DNA of 64,000 bases. Origin: Eledone cirrhosa (Eukaryota). Below are positions 44,454 to 58,294 of this stretch, piece by piece; within the stretch, counting starts at the first letter, position 1; the number at the start of each line of letters is the position of its first letter. The stretch is from the NCBI GenBank assembly GCA_964016885.1, contig OZ024740.1, forward strand, positions 349,742,001-349,806,000, in the 5' to 3' direction. Made by a program: the position numbers and the translations under genes. The notes under the pieces are model-generated. The model made no database searches, had not been told where the DNA came from, and saw only the letters and a program-made list of their open reading frames with translations.

Positions 44454-44881
44454 GATAAATATATATACATACATATAAATATAAATTAGCGAGGATCATA
44501 TTTCGGCTATTGGAATATATAATATATATATATATAATCTTTTACTCATTTACATGTTCCAGCCAACAGGCTGAGGCCACATATATATATATGCGTATAT
44601 AAGTGTGTGTGTGTGTGTCTGTGTGTGTGTACTTACGAAGAAATATTATGGATGAGTGTATATATGTTTCCAAGTCGAACAACAACCGGATGTAATAAAA
44701 GTATGTTCCCACTCTACGCGCATTCACATTCAACACAACACTTAACCGTGGAAAACATTTTTCTATCTATATACTACCCTGACTATCTCTACCTAACTCC
44801 ATCCCTCGCTTCCTCTATCTTGAGTGGGGGGACAGGCATTAACAAATAAATCTAGTTGACCGCTCATTCAACCCGACATTT

Positions 44882-44966
<85 letters not shown>

Positions 44967-45161
44967 ATGTATGTATGTATGTATGTATGTATGTACGTAC
45001 GTACGTACGTACCTACGTATGTATGTATGTATGTATGTATGTATGTATGTATGTATGTATGTATGTATGTATGTATGGATGTATGTATGTATGTATGTAT
45101 GTATGTATGTATGTATGTATGTATGTATGTATGTATGTATGCATATTTGCATGTATTTATG

Positions 45162-45197
<36 letters not shown>

Positions 45198-45256
45198 TGC
45201 GTGTATGGATGTATGGATGGATGGATGGATGTGTGTACGTTTTGTCTCTTTCTTTT

Positions 45257-45314
45257 AAATCTGAGGATATTTCTGACTGGACACCTTCCCGGCGGAAAGA
45301 AATTTTGTAATCTT
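45257..45314 (+). ncRNA. Degenerate hammerhead-like motif
   Basis: CUGAGGA-UA-UUUCUG..CGGAAA-GAAA-UUUUG-UA; stems I and III weak. Confidence 0.4.
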
Positions 45315-46878
45315 TCATCCATGAATACTAATCATGTTTTACAGGTTTTGAAGGTTCTCGATATCGTAGCTATTTGTAGTTTATGAATTAAGGAGCTCTT
45401 TTTTTCTCCACAAATCCAAATTCAGCCATATTTTGGTTCAGACGAGTTGGTATACATTCCGGAGCTCCAATAATAACTGTTTCTACTTTAGGCACAAGGC
45501 CAGCAATTTGAAGGGGAGGGGAAAGTCGATTACTGGTGTTTTATTTTATCGATCCTGAAAAGATGAAAGGCAAAGCTAACCTCGGCGGGATTTGAACTCA
45601 GAAAGTAAAGGGCTGTAACTTTATACTGCAAAGCATGGTGTCCGACGCTCAACCGGTACTGCCAATCCACTGCCCTTCAAAACAATAATTATAAGACATT
45701 TAGAAAGCCCAATGGAATGCTTACTTATACAACTGTCAGTTCTCGCTCCTAACCATAGTCTTTAAGAGCCTGCTCAAAAATATAAGTAGAAGAATATCTA
45801 ATCTCTATTCCAATAAGGGTATTTATGATAGTGCTAACTCCTACTCTAACGATGCCTCTAGAAGCGCGTGGATTTAAGGATAATATTAGTTACACCATCA
45901 ACCTAGGATCCACTACGAAGGAATGGCGATGAAATATCATCTAGTCCTGCCCACCCACTTCGTTAAACGTTAAAACTAACATAGGTAAATCCTTGCTCAC
46001 GCTGGTACATACAAATTTCCCTACTAGTTATAGGTATAAGAAACCGTTTTATAGACATAACCTGAGGATTAGTTTTAGCTCCTAATTTTTAAAGTATAGT
46101 TTTACTTAAGCCTGCGCCTTATAGCAAGGTAGGGCGCTATTGTACGAATGATTCATGTTCGCTAAGTGGAGTCTGTGAAATAGAAATTATTGCATATATG
46201 GCGGAAGTCAGGTCAGCCGACCCAGGCTACACCAACTGCTTAAGGTTGGTCTAACGGGAGGGCAATTCAAGACCAGATATCATAACCATACCACCTTTTA
46301 TAGAGACTGAGAAAAGCGAAATTCTGGGAAACTCTCTAGATATATCTTCTACAGAAAGATCTGTTAACTACCAGGAAGATTTTGAAAAAATACAAACACC
46401 AAGCATCGAGTACTCTGGTGCATTACGGTCCACCTGGTTCCTTACCACACTTTCTTTGTTAAGTTACCTTAAATAGCAACTACACAGCCATTTCTATTCT
46501 CCATATATTTCATCATATTTTTCGCTGTGACCATTCTTCTCTTCCCTTCTACCTTCCTATTTCGCCACTTTCTACTCTCACCCTCTTTCTTCCCCTCCCT
46601 TTCTCCTTATCTACTCTTACCCCACTTTCTTCCTCCCCCTTTCTCCCTCTCACTTTCACCCTCTCGTCTGACCGTTTAGCAGTTCTCTTCTCACTTACAA
46701 CTGCGGCGATCGGACGTGTGTCTTTTCTCGCGATTACTCGAACTTAAGTTCTTTTATCGAGTTGTCTTGGATTTCCTACCTATAGTTGCTCGCACGTTGC
46801 TCGGTTTGTATTCCCACTGCATTTTAAGTTACCTTAAATAGCAACTACACAGCCATTTCTATTCTCCATATATTTAAT

Positions 46879-46959
<81 letters not shown>

Positions 46960-47251
46960 AATATAGTTGTGTGTGTGTGTGATGTGTGTGTGTGATGTGT
47001 GTGTGTGTGTGTGTGTGTGTGTTAAAAACCGGTTGGATAATGAGTATCAAACTTTAAAAATCTAAGTACTGGGATTAATATGATTGACCACAACCCTTCA
47101 AGGCCAATGACTGAAAACAAGTAGAAGAGTAAAAGTACACACATACACACAGACACACACGCGCGCACACACACACACACATATTAAGCGATAAGCTAAT
47201 ATATATCTTCATTGTACTTTTATTTGGTTTGTTGTTTCCGTTTACTTTTTG

Positions 47252-47335
<84 letters not shown>

Positions 47336-48739
47336 CGCCACCACACGCGCACACACACGCCACTACACGCACATATAGCATATGTTAGGAAGTGGTAATT
47401 TTCTTGTTGGTGATGATGATTGGGCGGGACTAATGAGTGGGCAGGCAAAGTGTGTGATAGTAATGAGAATGTGTGGAGATGGTGAAAGCAGAGATGGTAA
47501 TGGTAGCGGTGGTGATGATGCTCATGATGATGATGATGATGATGATGATGATCATGATGATGATGATGGTGATATTCATGATGAGGATAATGGTGATGAT
47601 GATGATGATGATGATGATGTTGATGATGGCAGGATAGAACAGTACATAAATAAACAAAGAAATGAACGAATGAAAGAATGTAGTGATAAAATTATATCCT
47701 AAAATCTTAATTGTTTACATTATAGCTATATACTATTTATATTCTAGGGTCGTTTCAATCATAAACATAGAAGTATTTCAATCTAATACTGGACTATGTT
47801 AACCTTGTTGGTTTAGATGTGGTTGCTGGCTGGTTAAGTGGCTATTAAAGTACTTGGGATCCTCGTAAGAGAAGAGTGAGTGGGTATAGAATGCTTTCTA
47901 ATTTTGGCTCAAGACCAGCAATTTGAGGGTGAGGGCAAAGTCGATTAAATCAACCCCAGTGCTTGACTCCTATTTTATTTTATCGACAACGAAAGTATGA
48001 GAGGCAAAGTTCACCACGGCAGGAATTCAGTCAAGGATATAATGTATGTATGGTCCTCCGTAACTCCTGATAGAATCGTAACGGCGCCGTAACGACATAC
48101 GGCGATTCTTGGGCACTTTAAACCTGGTGGAGCCCATCCCTCTCCAAGCCTGAGTACAGCAGATTTCTTCCAGAGAAAGATAGAAAGAGATATCGAGGAC
48201 GAATCGACCCCAATACTTGACTGGTACTTTTTTTATCGACCTGGAAATGATAAAAGGCAAAGTTGACCTCGGCGGGATTTGAACTCAGGGAGCAGAGAGC
48301 CGGAAGGAATACCATAAAGCATTCTATCCGAAGTTCTAGCGACTCTGCCTATTCGCCGCCTAGGATATAAATAACCAGAACTAAATACCACGAAGCATTA
48401 TATCCAATGCTCTAATGATTATGCCAATTCACCGCCTTGGCAGGGGGCACAGAAAGTTAGTTTATACAGTAAGACGTTTGTGAGCGTTGGTCTTGAAGTC
48501 GTTCAGTCTCCTTTGGTTTAATTAGTATCACAGTCGTCCAGTATAAAGCAGTATGCGTGATTCAACTCCCGTGGGCGGCTCTGTTGGCTTTCATCTTAGG
48601 CGGATTGCCGCTCATCACGGTTGCGTGATCAGCGGCAATCCGCAAAACTCAGAGTAGCAACAAAGTATAATCTTAAGAAAATAAATATGTAATATTCGCT
48701 AATTTGGAATTGATCACTTCCCCTCGTGTTTGTAGACCG

Positions 48740-48777
<38 letters not shown>

Positions 48778-48870
48778 ATAAATGTTGTCTGACCCTGTGA
48801 TAAAGAGGTGAAACTCCAGAGTAACAAGACTCACCACTTAGCCTTAATAAAATGAATATGTATATGTAAA

Positions 48871-48909
<39 letters not shown>

Positions 48910-49112
48910 GGAAATCAGTAAAATCGAATCTCTGGCGGTTTGCAAGTGAATTCGGCCTACTTATATGAAATGATGAGTTAGCAAACCACTCGATAAGATA
49001 GGTCCTTAGAGTAATAACATACGTTTAAATAGCTTGACAAATCGAACATTGTGGTAGGCTAAACTAACACACAATATATATACCAGAGCAACGATAGAAC
49101 TAATCAGGTTGA

Positions 49113-49159
<47 letters not shown>

Positions 49160-49264
49160 TATATATATATGAAAAGATTCAGAACCCCGACGGCTGAGCT
49201 CCAGCCGTTTCCACAGCTAGATCTGAACAGGACCACCTGGTATCTTACCACACCCTCTTTGTTT

Positions 49265-49453
<189 letters not shown>

Positions 49454-49502
49454 ATGTAGAGAGAGAGAGAGATAAGTATGTATATATATATATATATATA
49501 TA

Positions 49503-50055
49503 TAGATAAATCTACCAAGAGTTTACGGTAGTGTCCAATCCGTATGAAGAACTCAATGTAATCCGGATATCATGGAAAGAAGAGATGCAATGAAAAATCA
49601 CTTTCGGTGAAAGATAAACGGAATACAGAGTCAAGATAAAATATTAAAAAAATAATGAATAAAACAATGAAACAGTTCCTTATATTAAACAAAAAAAGTT
49701 CATTATATAACGATCGTTTCTGGGATATATATGTGTTAGAATTGGCATGTATATTTAACAGATCTATGTACAAAATTATACAAAATTATACAAACTATCA
49801 AAATTAAATATACATACCAACTCATATATATGCCGTCTTCAGAAATAATCATTATTTCTGAAGACGGCATATATATGAGTTGGTATGTATATTTAATTTT
49901 GATAGTTTGTATAATTTTGTATAATTTTGTACATAGATCTGTTAAATATACATGCCAATTCTAACACATATATATCCCAGAAACGATCGTTAAATAATGA
50001 ACTTTTTTTGTTTAACATAAGGAACTGTTTCATTGTTTTATTCATTATTTTTTTA

Positions 50056-50064
<9 letters not shown>
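49503..50064. mobile_element. Hairpin cassette with two giant-stem-II hammerheads (minus 49700-49848; plus 49849-50000)
   Basis: ~213-bp near-perfect arms meeting at ~49849; CUGAAGA 49858-49864, GAAA 49980-49983. Confidence 0.85.
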
Positions 50065-50086
<22 letters not shown>

Positions 50087-50137
50087 TAGTATGTATGTAT
50101 ACGTACATACATATATGTATACAGACGTACAGTAGCA

Positions 50138-50231
<94 letters not shown>

Positions 50232-50380
50232 CAGGTACACATACATATATGCACGCATCAGTTTAGCGGACGCTTATTATAACGCCGCTTTGTTCGTTTG
50301 TAAACAAACTGAACAGCCTGAATTTATGCCATACGGTGTTAAGGCAACCACGTCACCTTTTTGTTCAACACTGACACAGG

Positions 50381-50425
50381 AACGATGTACTAGTTTCAAG
50401 CTTGTTAGCTATCATCAGCACCGTT
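50381..50425 (-). ncRNA. Compact canonical type I hammerhead
   Basis: AACGGUG-CUGAUGA-UAGCU AACA AGCUU-GAAA-CUAG-UA-CAUCGUU. Confidence 0.85.
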
Positions 50426-51780
50426 TACCCATCTGCCAGATAGTTGAACGTTTACCCATCTGCCAGATAGCATGAGTAAGTACCATACTAAGAGTGAGAA
50501 ATGAAATTTCGTTTTCATTTTTTTTTCAACTTATATATATATTAATTGTTATAAATTAATGTTTTGTCTTTCGTCTCTTACTCCACTGGACAGCGTTTGG
50601 CTTGTGTCGGACGCTGTGACCCCGGGTGTACGAGCAATACCGTTGGTAAGGGTTGAAACCATCAAAGTCGACCTCAACGACTGATAACCTCCAAGGTAAT
50701 GAATTGGTAGACGTTAGGGTCATCGGATTAATTGCGACAGTAGTTGTCCGGCTCAATGCGCTCTGATTTCAAATCCAACCGAGGTCAACTTTGCCTTTCA
50801 TCTTTTCGAGTTTGATAAATATAGTACGAGTACAGTACTTGGTTCGGTCCTTCCTCAATCTCTCCCTCTCACTCTCTCTCTCCCTCTCTCTCTCTCTCTT
50901 TCTCTCTCGCTCTCCCTGTCTCTCTCTTTGTCCCTCTCTCTCTCTTTTGAAGAAATTAGGTGGAATGAGCCTCACCGGGTTAAAATGCCTAAGAAACCTG
51001 ATGTGTGAAGGCGACGCCCCTACGGGTGATAAGGCTGTCTTCTTCTTTCTTTCTTTCCTCAAGACGCTCAGAATATAATTATATATCCTTTGCTTAATGC
51101 TATCTGTTGAGTATTTTATCTAAAACACTCCGTCCCAAAGTGATCATAAAAAGCGAAAACCTTTTTATGAAATTTAAAACGAGCAAGTGCGGGGTCACAT
51201 CTAAATTACTTATAAATGTTCTTTCATCTTACCCTTTCTTTCTTATGTTAACATCCGTCTTTATTACTTTGTTTGTTTGCTTCTCTTCCTTAGTCCTTAA
51301 TATCTTTCGTTTCTGATAAACTTGTCAACAAGCAAGCAGCCAGTAAAATATTAAACACGAGAAAATCGATCAAAGTGAGATAAGGAAGAATGTTGCGAGA
51401 GTGAGGGGAAAGAGACGTCGTACTTCCGTACACACACACACGCCCGCTTACTCACACACACACGCGTGCGCGTACTAGCTCATAGCTGAAGGCATTCAAA
51501 ATGTTTATTCGTAAACATACCGTATATCGCTAGATACACAAAATACTCATACTTATATGTAAACATCTTTGTTAGAGCGAACATCTTAATTCTATTTTCC
51601 GGCCGAACCAGCCGATAGCTCTATATGCAAATGAGGTTAATCAGCCCATGTACATAGGTGTCAAAACTATGTTTTCGCCTATATTCAGTTCCAACAGAGA
51701 GTAGGGTAAGGGAGCACTGACTTAATAACGACCAGAGTCAGAGTCATATCAAGGTTAACCGTTAAAGTATGTCCTATAGG

Positions 51781-52050
51781 TACTACTTTTACATACCGCA
51801 TAATGTGGTAGCTAGCGCAGTTTGGTATTGAGTGAGGGGGAAAGGAAAAAATAGCAAGGAATAACGATGAACAAATTGATACCGGTGGATCAGAGGAATA
51901 CCGGCTGAACCAAAAATAAAAGCAGGAACAAAATTAAAACATAACCGATCTGATATTGGTTGTAACCAAAATATAAAATCGTGTCTTGTATTAGAAATCA
52001 CCGGCATATATGATAGAAATGTGGTAAGAAAAAACAAGAGACATTTATGA
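51781..52050 (+). mobile_element. Old RLE-type (R4/Dong/NeSL-like) LINE C-terminal remnant
   Basis: One frame with stops: HNVVASAV..KHNRSDIG..KSCLVLEITGIYDRNV, resembling RHN and HNRPDI..IIDI motifs. Confidence 0.5.
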
Positions 52051-54063
52051 GCCAAAATACATTTTCGTCTGTATATCTATTTCTATTTGGAAAATAGGGC
52101 ATGTGTAAAGGTGCGTGGCACAGTGAATAGGGTGCTTGACTCACAGCCATAAGGATATGGTTTTGATTCCTCCACTGGACGGCTCATTGTGTTCTTGAGC
52201 ATGACGCTTCATTTCACGTTTCTGCGGCCCCTATCATTAAAATACTCGAGATATGACCTCGTAGGAAAACCACCTAAACCTGTATAGGTGTAAGTTATGA
52301 CTTTTCATTTCATTTAGTCAACAGGGTATGCACCAACCCACCTGGATTAAAGTTAAATATTAACAAAACACACAAGACTTAAGAATTTTAAGAAGGAAAG
52401 ATTTCACATACAATGAAGAAAAGAAAATGAGCATAAAGAAAAAAATATATGTTTACTTTCATGCTACCTCGCAAGTGTTTGCTGAATATAAATCTTGAAC
52501 ATTTCGGTCAAGAATAGAAAACATAAGTACACACATGCATACGTACGTACATACACACATATATGCATGCATACTTACATACATATACATACATACATAC
52601 ATACATACATACATACATACATACATACATACATACATACACACACACATATACACACATACATACATACATACATGCATACATACATACATACATACAT
52701 ACATACATACATACATACATACATACATACATACATCATTGGCATGCAGTGGTTCGGTGATGCCCAGGGCCAACTCCTTGATTGTATGCCTGTAAAACTC
52801 AAGTACAGAGCATGCTACTGAGAAATGTGAACAACGAAGACATTTTAAATATGCAAAAACAGATGAAACATGAAATTAATATTTCAAATTAATATAAAAT
52901 CAACCACATCAGTTTCATCCAAGCATATACATCAAATTTTAAGATAATAGATTTGCCAGCCTTCTGATATAGGCGGGACATTATGCACTGATTGTGGATG
53001 TCCGTTTGAGAAATGTCAGTGGGCAATGCCGTATTGAATAGAGAATCTTGCATGACTCTTTAGTTGGACACCCGCACCATATATCTCAATATGGTTGTCT
53101 GGGGACGTCGCATCTTTTTCACTCTCTCTGCACGCCACAACATACATTATGATGATGGCTTATTTTGTTAAATTATAACTGTTTCATATGTGACCTCTGA
53201 ACAGCACTGGTTTATCATGACATATACTTGCACAACTTGCATGTCTCTATTTGTGGTTAAATATTCAGTAACAAGAACAAGATAAGTCGAAACTATTTCA
53301 ACTGCAAGTTTTATACCAGAACGTCTTAACTTCACAGTATAGTCCGCCTCTATAACCAGTTCTAATACAAAGGTTAAATGATTTCAGATACTTCAAATTA
53401 GCAAGCTCCGTACCGCCCTCAAACAATATTTTCTTTCATTAAACACATCACACATAATGTGTGTGTGTTGATCTGGCTATTCCAGTTAAATCGACTTGTG
53501 TTGCCTTTCTGCAAATACGACATCGATAGATTCCTAATATATTCACGCCTATTTATGATTTTCCTTCAACGAATTAGTCGAGAGCTTTGAAGTTTGAATA
53601 TATTTTGTGGTCAATTCAAACTGAACAGTATTGTGCCAAGACTCCTAGAATGGCATACGTTCCAATGAGCCGCTATTATTACTCCATCTTAGTTCCAACG
53701 GACCTTCCACACTAGCAAGACCTATACACAATATGGGGCGAACACCTACCGATAACTATATTATACTCCCCTGCTTTTGTAATAGCTGTAACTCTGCAAT
53801 TATACTTTTAATCACGGACGAAGTTGTAGTATTGGAAACCGTTACGGTCTACGTATTTATTGTCGTCTTTTTTATGAGGTTCACACGTTGTCTTTGCTCT
53901 CTGTTTACAACCCCTTCAAACCGAATAACTAATTAATTGCTGCTCTGGACAATGAATTCATTTCGTGTATCGGGCTATTCCAGATAAATCTACCCGTGTT
54001 GTCTTCCGGTAAATAGGACATTAATAGATTTCTAATCTACTAGCCCGCAGTCCGGATTTTACA

Positions 54064-54147
<84 letters not shown>

Positions 54148-54149
54148 AT

Positions 54150-54515
54150 AAGAAACGGAGAATCAGTGGTGTTACGAATAAGATTTATTAGACATATTTC
54201 AATCGTTTCTCTGGCGACCAGCTCGAGGTACGATCGATGCAATTATCAAACCTGACTCTGAAATCGCAAGATCCTCGGATATGTCTCGATTCTACGAAGC
54301 AGAGTTTCCAGTGATTTGGAAATGACATTGGTGTAAGGACTCGATCTATCATGTATCTTCCAAATAATTTTATGTGGAACACCTTTCTACTTTTATTGCC
54401 AGACTTTTTTGCCAGTGCTGTACTGGTTTTCTTATCAGGATTCCTGAAGGAGTAAAGATGCGAATAAAACCGTTGTTTAAAACGATCTTGCATCATTGTG
54501 TATGAGGCAGAGATT
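54150..54515 (-). mobile_element. 3' end of a second Penelope-like family: GIY-YIG C-terminal remnant running into a hammerhead
   Basis: QDRFKQRFYSHLYSFRNPDKKTSTALAKK..KLCFVESRHI, followed by motif 54190-54286 and AATAAA. Confidence 0.7.
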
Positions 54516-55096
54516 ACACACAACACCAAAGAAAATTCTGAAGTTAGTGAAAGATACGTCGGTATGGTGCTGTGATAGATATATCAACGCGCATCTGGAG
54601 GAATACGCCCTCTTTATTCAGGAATAAGCGATAGCTGTCAAATATTTGATCAATAACAGAGATAAGGACATCCCCCAAATCATCTCAATCGTGTCACATC
54701 TGTGTGAAAAATATCACATCAACAGCTGTCCAAAAATATTCCAAAGGTACTATTGTCCACGAGAAACCACACAATGCAGGAAGGACCGCCTTGATGGTCA
54801 TGCCAAAAGTGCACCAGAATCAGAAGGTATCCATACCTTTAAACATAAGGAATGCTGCTGCAACATCTTAAAGAATCAGCAATTTGGAGCAAACACAACA
54901 AACGCGCTATAGTTCTTTCTATGGGACAGAGAATACAAGTCAGGCACTGATGTAGAGGACAGATGTTCAGCAGGTGTAAATTTATCTTCTAAAAACATCT
55001 ATGGCGACCCTAAGCGAACTCACGACTCTTATATCTTGATTAACATTTGAACTTATTATCAACTGCAGATTCAAATAAGTGTCTGGAAACGCTAAA

Positions 55097-55127
<31 letters not shown>

Positions 55128-55306
55128 TAAGCAAAGTAACCTGCATCTCTCAAACCCGCCAAACTAGCGGTACTGTGAAGATTTGAAATACATTCCAAAG
55201 ATAGATTCTCCATTCGAATGTTCTGCATTGAATATATGCACACAACTACTCGTTTGCACTCGTGTACTAGAGAGACATATTACCTTATAAGATGAGTGCA
55301 AGTACA

Positions 55307-58270
55307 GATTCAAGCAGTCAGGAGAACGTGTAACGGGTGTCGGCGAAAGTCTCGATGAGGAAGCCGACATCCTGAGGACCAGAATTCTGTCTGCAAAAAC
55401 AATCACACGTATTGGATATTGGAACATAAGAACTCTGTACCAACCATCCAAACTTGCGCAAGTTATCGGAGAAGCGGAGGCCTACAAAATTAACATCCTG
55501 GGCCTCAGCGAGGTCCGCTGGACTGACTCTGGGAAGTTTGTCCATGAAACCATGAAAACAAGACCATCCTGTTCTCAGGCCTTCAGAACGGGACCCACCG
55601 AGATGGAGTTGCAATCATCATGGACAGGGCTGCCAGTAGTGCCCTTGAGGAGTGGACTCCTATCAACGAACGCCTAAGGACAGCAAGATTCACCACATCA
55701 CATGAAAAGGTTACCATAGCTCAGTGCTATGCTCCAACCAACGAACATAACGACGATGACAAGGACGCTTTTTACCAGCAACTACAAGATGTTGTCAACA
55801 AAACCCCCACGTCATGACATCCTGATCATCATGGGAGACATGAACGCACAGATCGGGGGAAGCAGGGTTGGCTTTGAACATGTCCTTGGCCCCCATGCTT
55901 ATGGAAACCGCATGGACAACGGGGACAGGTTTGTCCAGTTCTGTGCCATGAACAATATGAAAATCGGCTCGTCACTATTTGACCACAAGAACATCCACAA
56001 GGTGACATGGGCTTCGAACGACTACAGGACCAAGACGCAAATAGACCACATTGCAATTGGCCCAAGATGGAGAACTCCTTGCCTGCAGGACGTCCGAGTC
56101 TACCGAGGCGCAGATGTCTGCAGTGAACACTATCTGTTACCAAACTTAAAATCACACTACCAAGCTGAAGAACGGTGACAGAGAAGCACAGTTCGAGGCT
56201 GCTTTGAGGAACAGATTTGCTGTCCTTGGGGAGTCTGCACCAGGCTCGGTCAATTGGTGGGAGGAAATGAAGAAGACCATGAAAGTTGCAGGGGAAGAAA
56301 TCCTGGGCTACAGGAAGTCCCTCAGAGAAGCTTGGGTCAGCGACAACACCTGGCAGCTGATTAATGAAAGGAAAGCCCTACACCAGCAGAGGCATGCCAC
56401 TACCCCAGAGGCCATCAAAGTATATCAGCAGTATGTTGAGAACAAGGAGGTGAAACGCAGCGCCCAAAAGGACAAACGAATGTGGCTTGAGAGTAAGGCA
56501 GAGGAGGCAGAAGCAGCTGCGGCACGCAATGATATGCGCTCTGTGTACCAAATTGCCAAGAAAATCACCGGCAGTTCTAGAGCTAACTCAGGCCCGGAGA
56601 AAGCGAAAGATGGTACGCTGCTTTCCAAGAGTGAAGAAAAGTTAGTCAGATGGGCTGAACATTTCAAGGAAGTCCTCAACCGACCGGAGCCACGTATGCC
56701 AGCAGACACTAGGGAACCTACTAGTTTGTTACCTATCAATACTGATGACTTCACCGAGAAGGAAGTCCGCATGGCCATCAAAACCCTTAAGAATAACAAG
56801 TCACCAGGTATGGATGGCATTTTTGCTGAAATGCTGAAGTCAGGAGGCGAAAGCATGGTCAAGTGGATGGGCCACTTATGTAATCTAGTGTGGAACACGG
56901 ATGAAGTCCCAGAAGACTGGAGAAACGGAGCGGTTGTCTGTATCCCCAAGACGGGCAACCTTGTCGATTGTGACAACTGGAGGGGAGTGACACTTCTCTC
57001 CATACCAGGGAAGGTCTATTGTCTGGTGATCCTGAACCGCATGCGTGGCATGGTAGACCGGGAACTGCGAGAACAACAGGCAGGGTTCCGACCAAAACGT
57101 TCCTGTGCAGAGCAGATCTTTACGCTACGCCGCATCATTGAGAGGTACAATGAATTCCAGAGGACCCTCGCCATCAACTTCATCGATTTCTCCAAAGCAT
57201 TCGATAGCATTCATCGACCGTCGCTCTGGAGCATCATGCATGAGTATGGTCTGCTCCAGAAAGTCATTTCGGCAATCAAACAGATTTACGCAAACTCCAA
57301 GTGCTGCATACGGACAGAGGATGGTTACAGTGACTGGTTTGAGGTGGTTACTGGCGTGCGTCAAGGTTGCTCGCTCTCTCCAATTCTCTTTGCCATAGCC
57401 ATTGACAGGGTACTAAGAAGAGCGTCTAAAGACCAGGGTATATCTTGGTGGGAGAGCAAAAGTTGTTTGACCTGGACTTTGCGGACGATATTGCTGCACT
57501 TGCAGAGAGCACAGCTGACCTGCAAATCATTATGAACAATATCAATGACGAAGCAGGAAGCTTAGGTCTCAATATCAGTGCCAAGAAAACCAAAAGCATG
57601 TTATCTGGGACACACCCACCACCAACCAGTGTCTTCATTAAACAAGGGGAGGTGGAGATAGTGGACAACTTCACCTACCTAGGAAGCTCCTTAACAATGA
57701 GGGCACCATGGACAGTGAACTGCAATGTAGAATGGGAAAAGCTTCAGCAGCATTTAACCAGCTTGACAAGATCTGGAAGAGCAGGAAGTTCACCCTCAAA
57801 ACAAAGATGAGATTCTACAACAGCAACGTGCTGTCCACTCTCTTGTACGGAGGTGAAACATGGCACCTTAAGACCAGCCAAGAGAAGTTGGACGCATTCG
57901 ATTCCAGATGTCTGCGAAAGATCCTGGGGATTAAATGGAGTGACCATGTAACAAACCAGGAAGTCAGGAACCGCACCAACCAGCAGCTAGTCTCTTCTAC
58001 CATCTGCAAGCGACACATGGGCTGGTTTGGGCACGCTTTGAGACTTCCCCCGCAGAGACTGGCGAACCAAGTACTTAAATGGAGACCGCAGGGAAGCAAA
58101 CGGAGAGGGCGACCCAAAATGAACTGGAGCCAGACAGTTGAGAGGGACCTGCGAGCGACAAACAGACAATGGCGGGACGCTGTGCGACTGGCTGCTGACC
58201 GAACGCGATGGAACACTATGATTGCCTCATGCATCGCAAGACGCAGGAGCTTCTGAGTCTGAGGCTGAGA
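55307..58270 (+). mobile_element. Near full-length RTE-clade LINE (APE + RT), frameshifted, with 9-bp TSD
   Basis: IGYWNIRTL, LGLSEVRW, QCYAPT, MGDMNA, QIDHI, NWRGVTLLS, FIDFSKAFDS, GVRQGCSLSP, DFADD; CTGAG-repeat tail; GCAAGTACA at 55298-55306 and 58271-58279. Confidence 0.96.
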
Positions 58271-58294
58271 GCAAGTACATGCACCTATATATAT

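Noticed and set aside
54600-55000. Possible Gypsy integrase remnant
   Set aside because: Only faint resemblance across frameshifts
56425-57003. Antisense ORFs over LINE and Penelope coding regions
   Set aside because: Shadow frames of the retroelement ORFs
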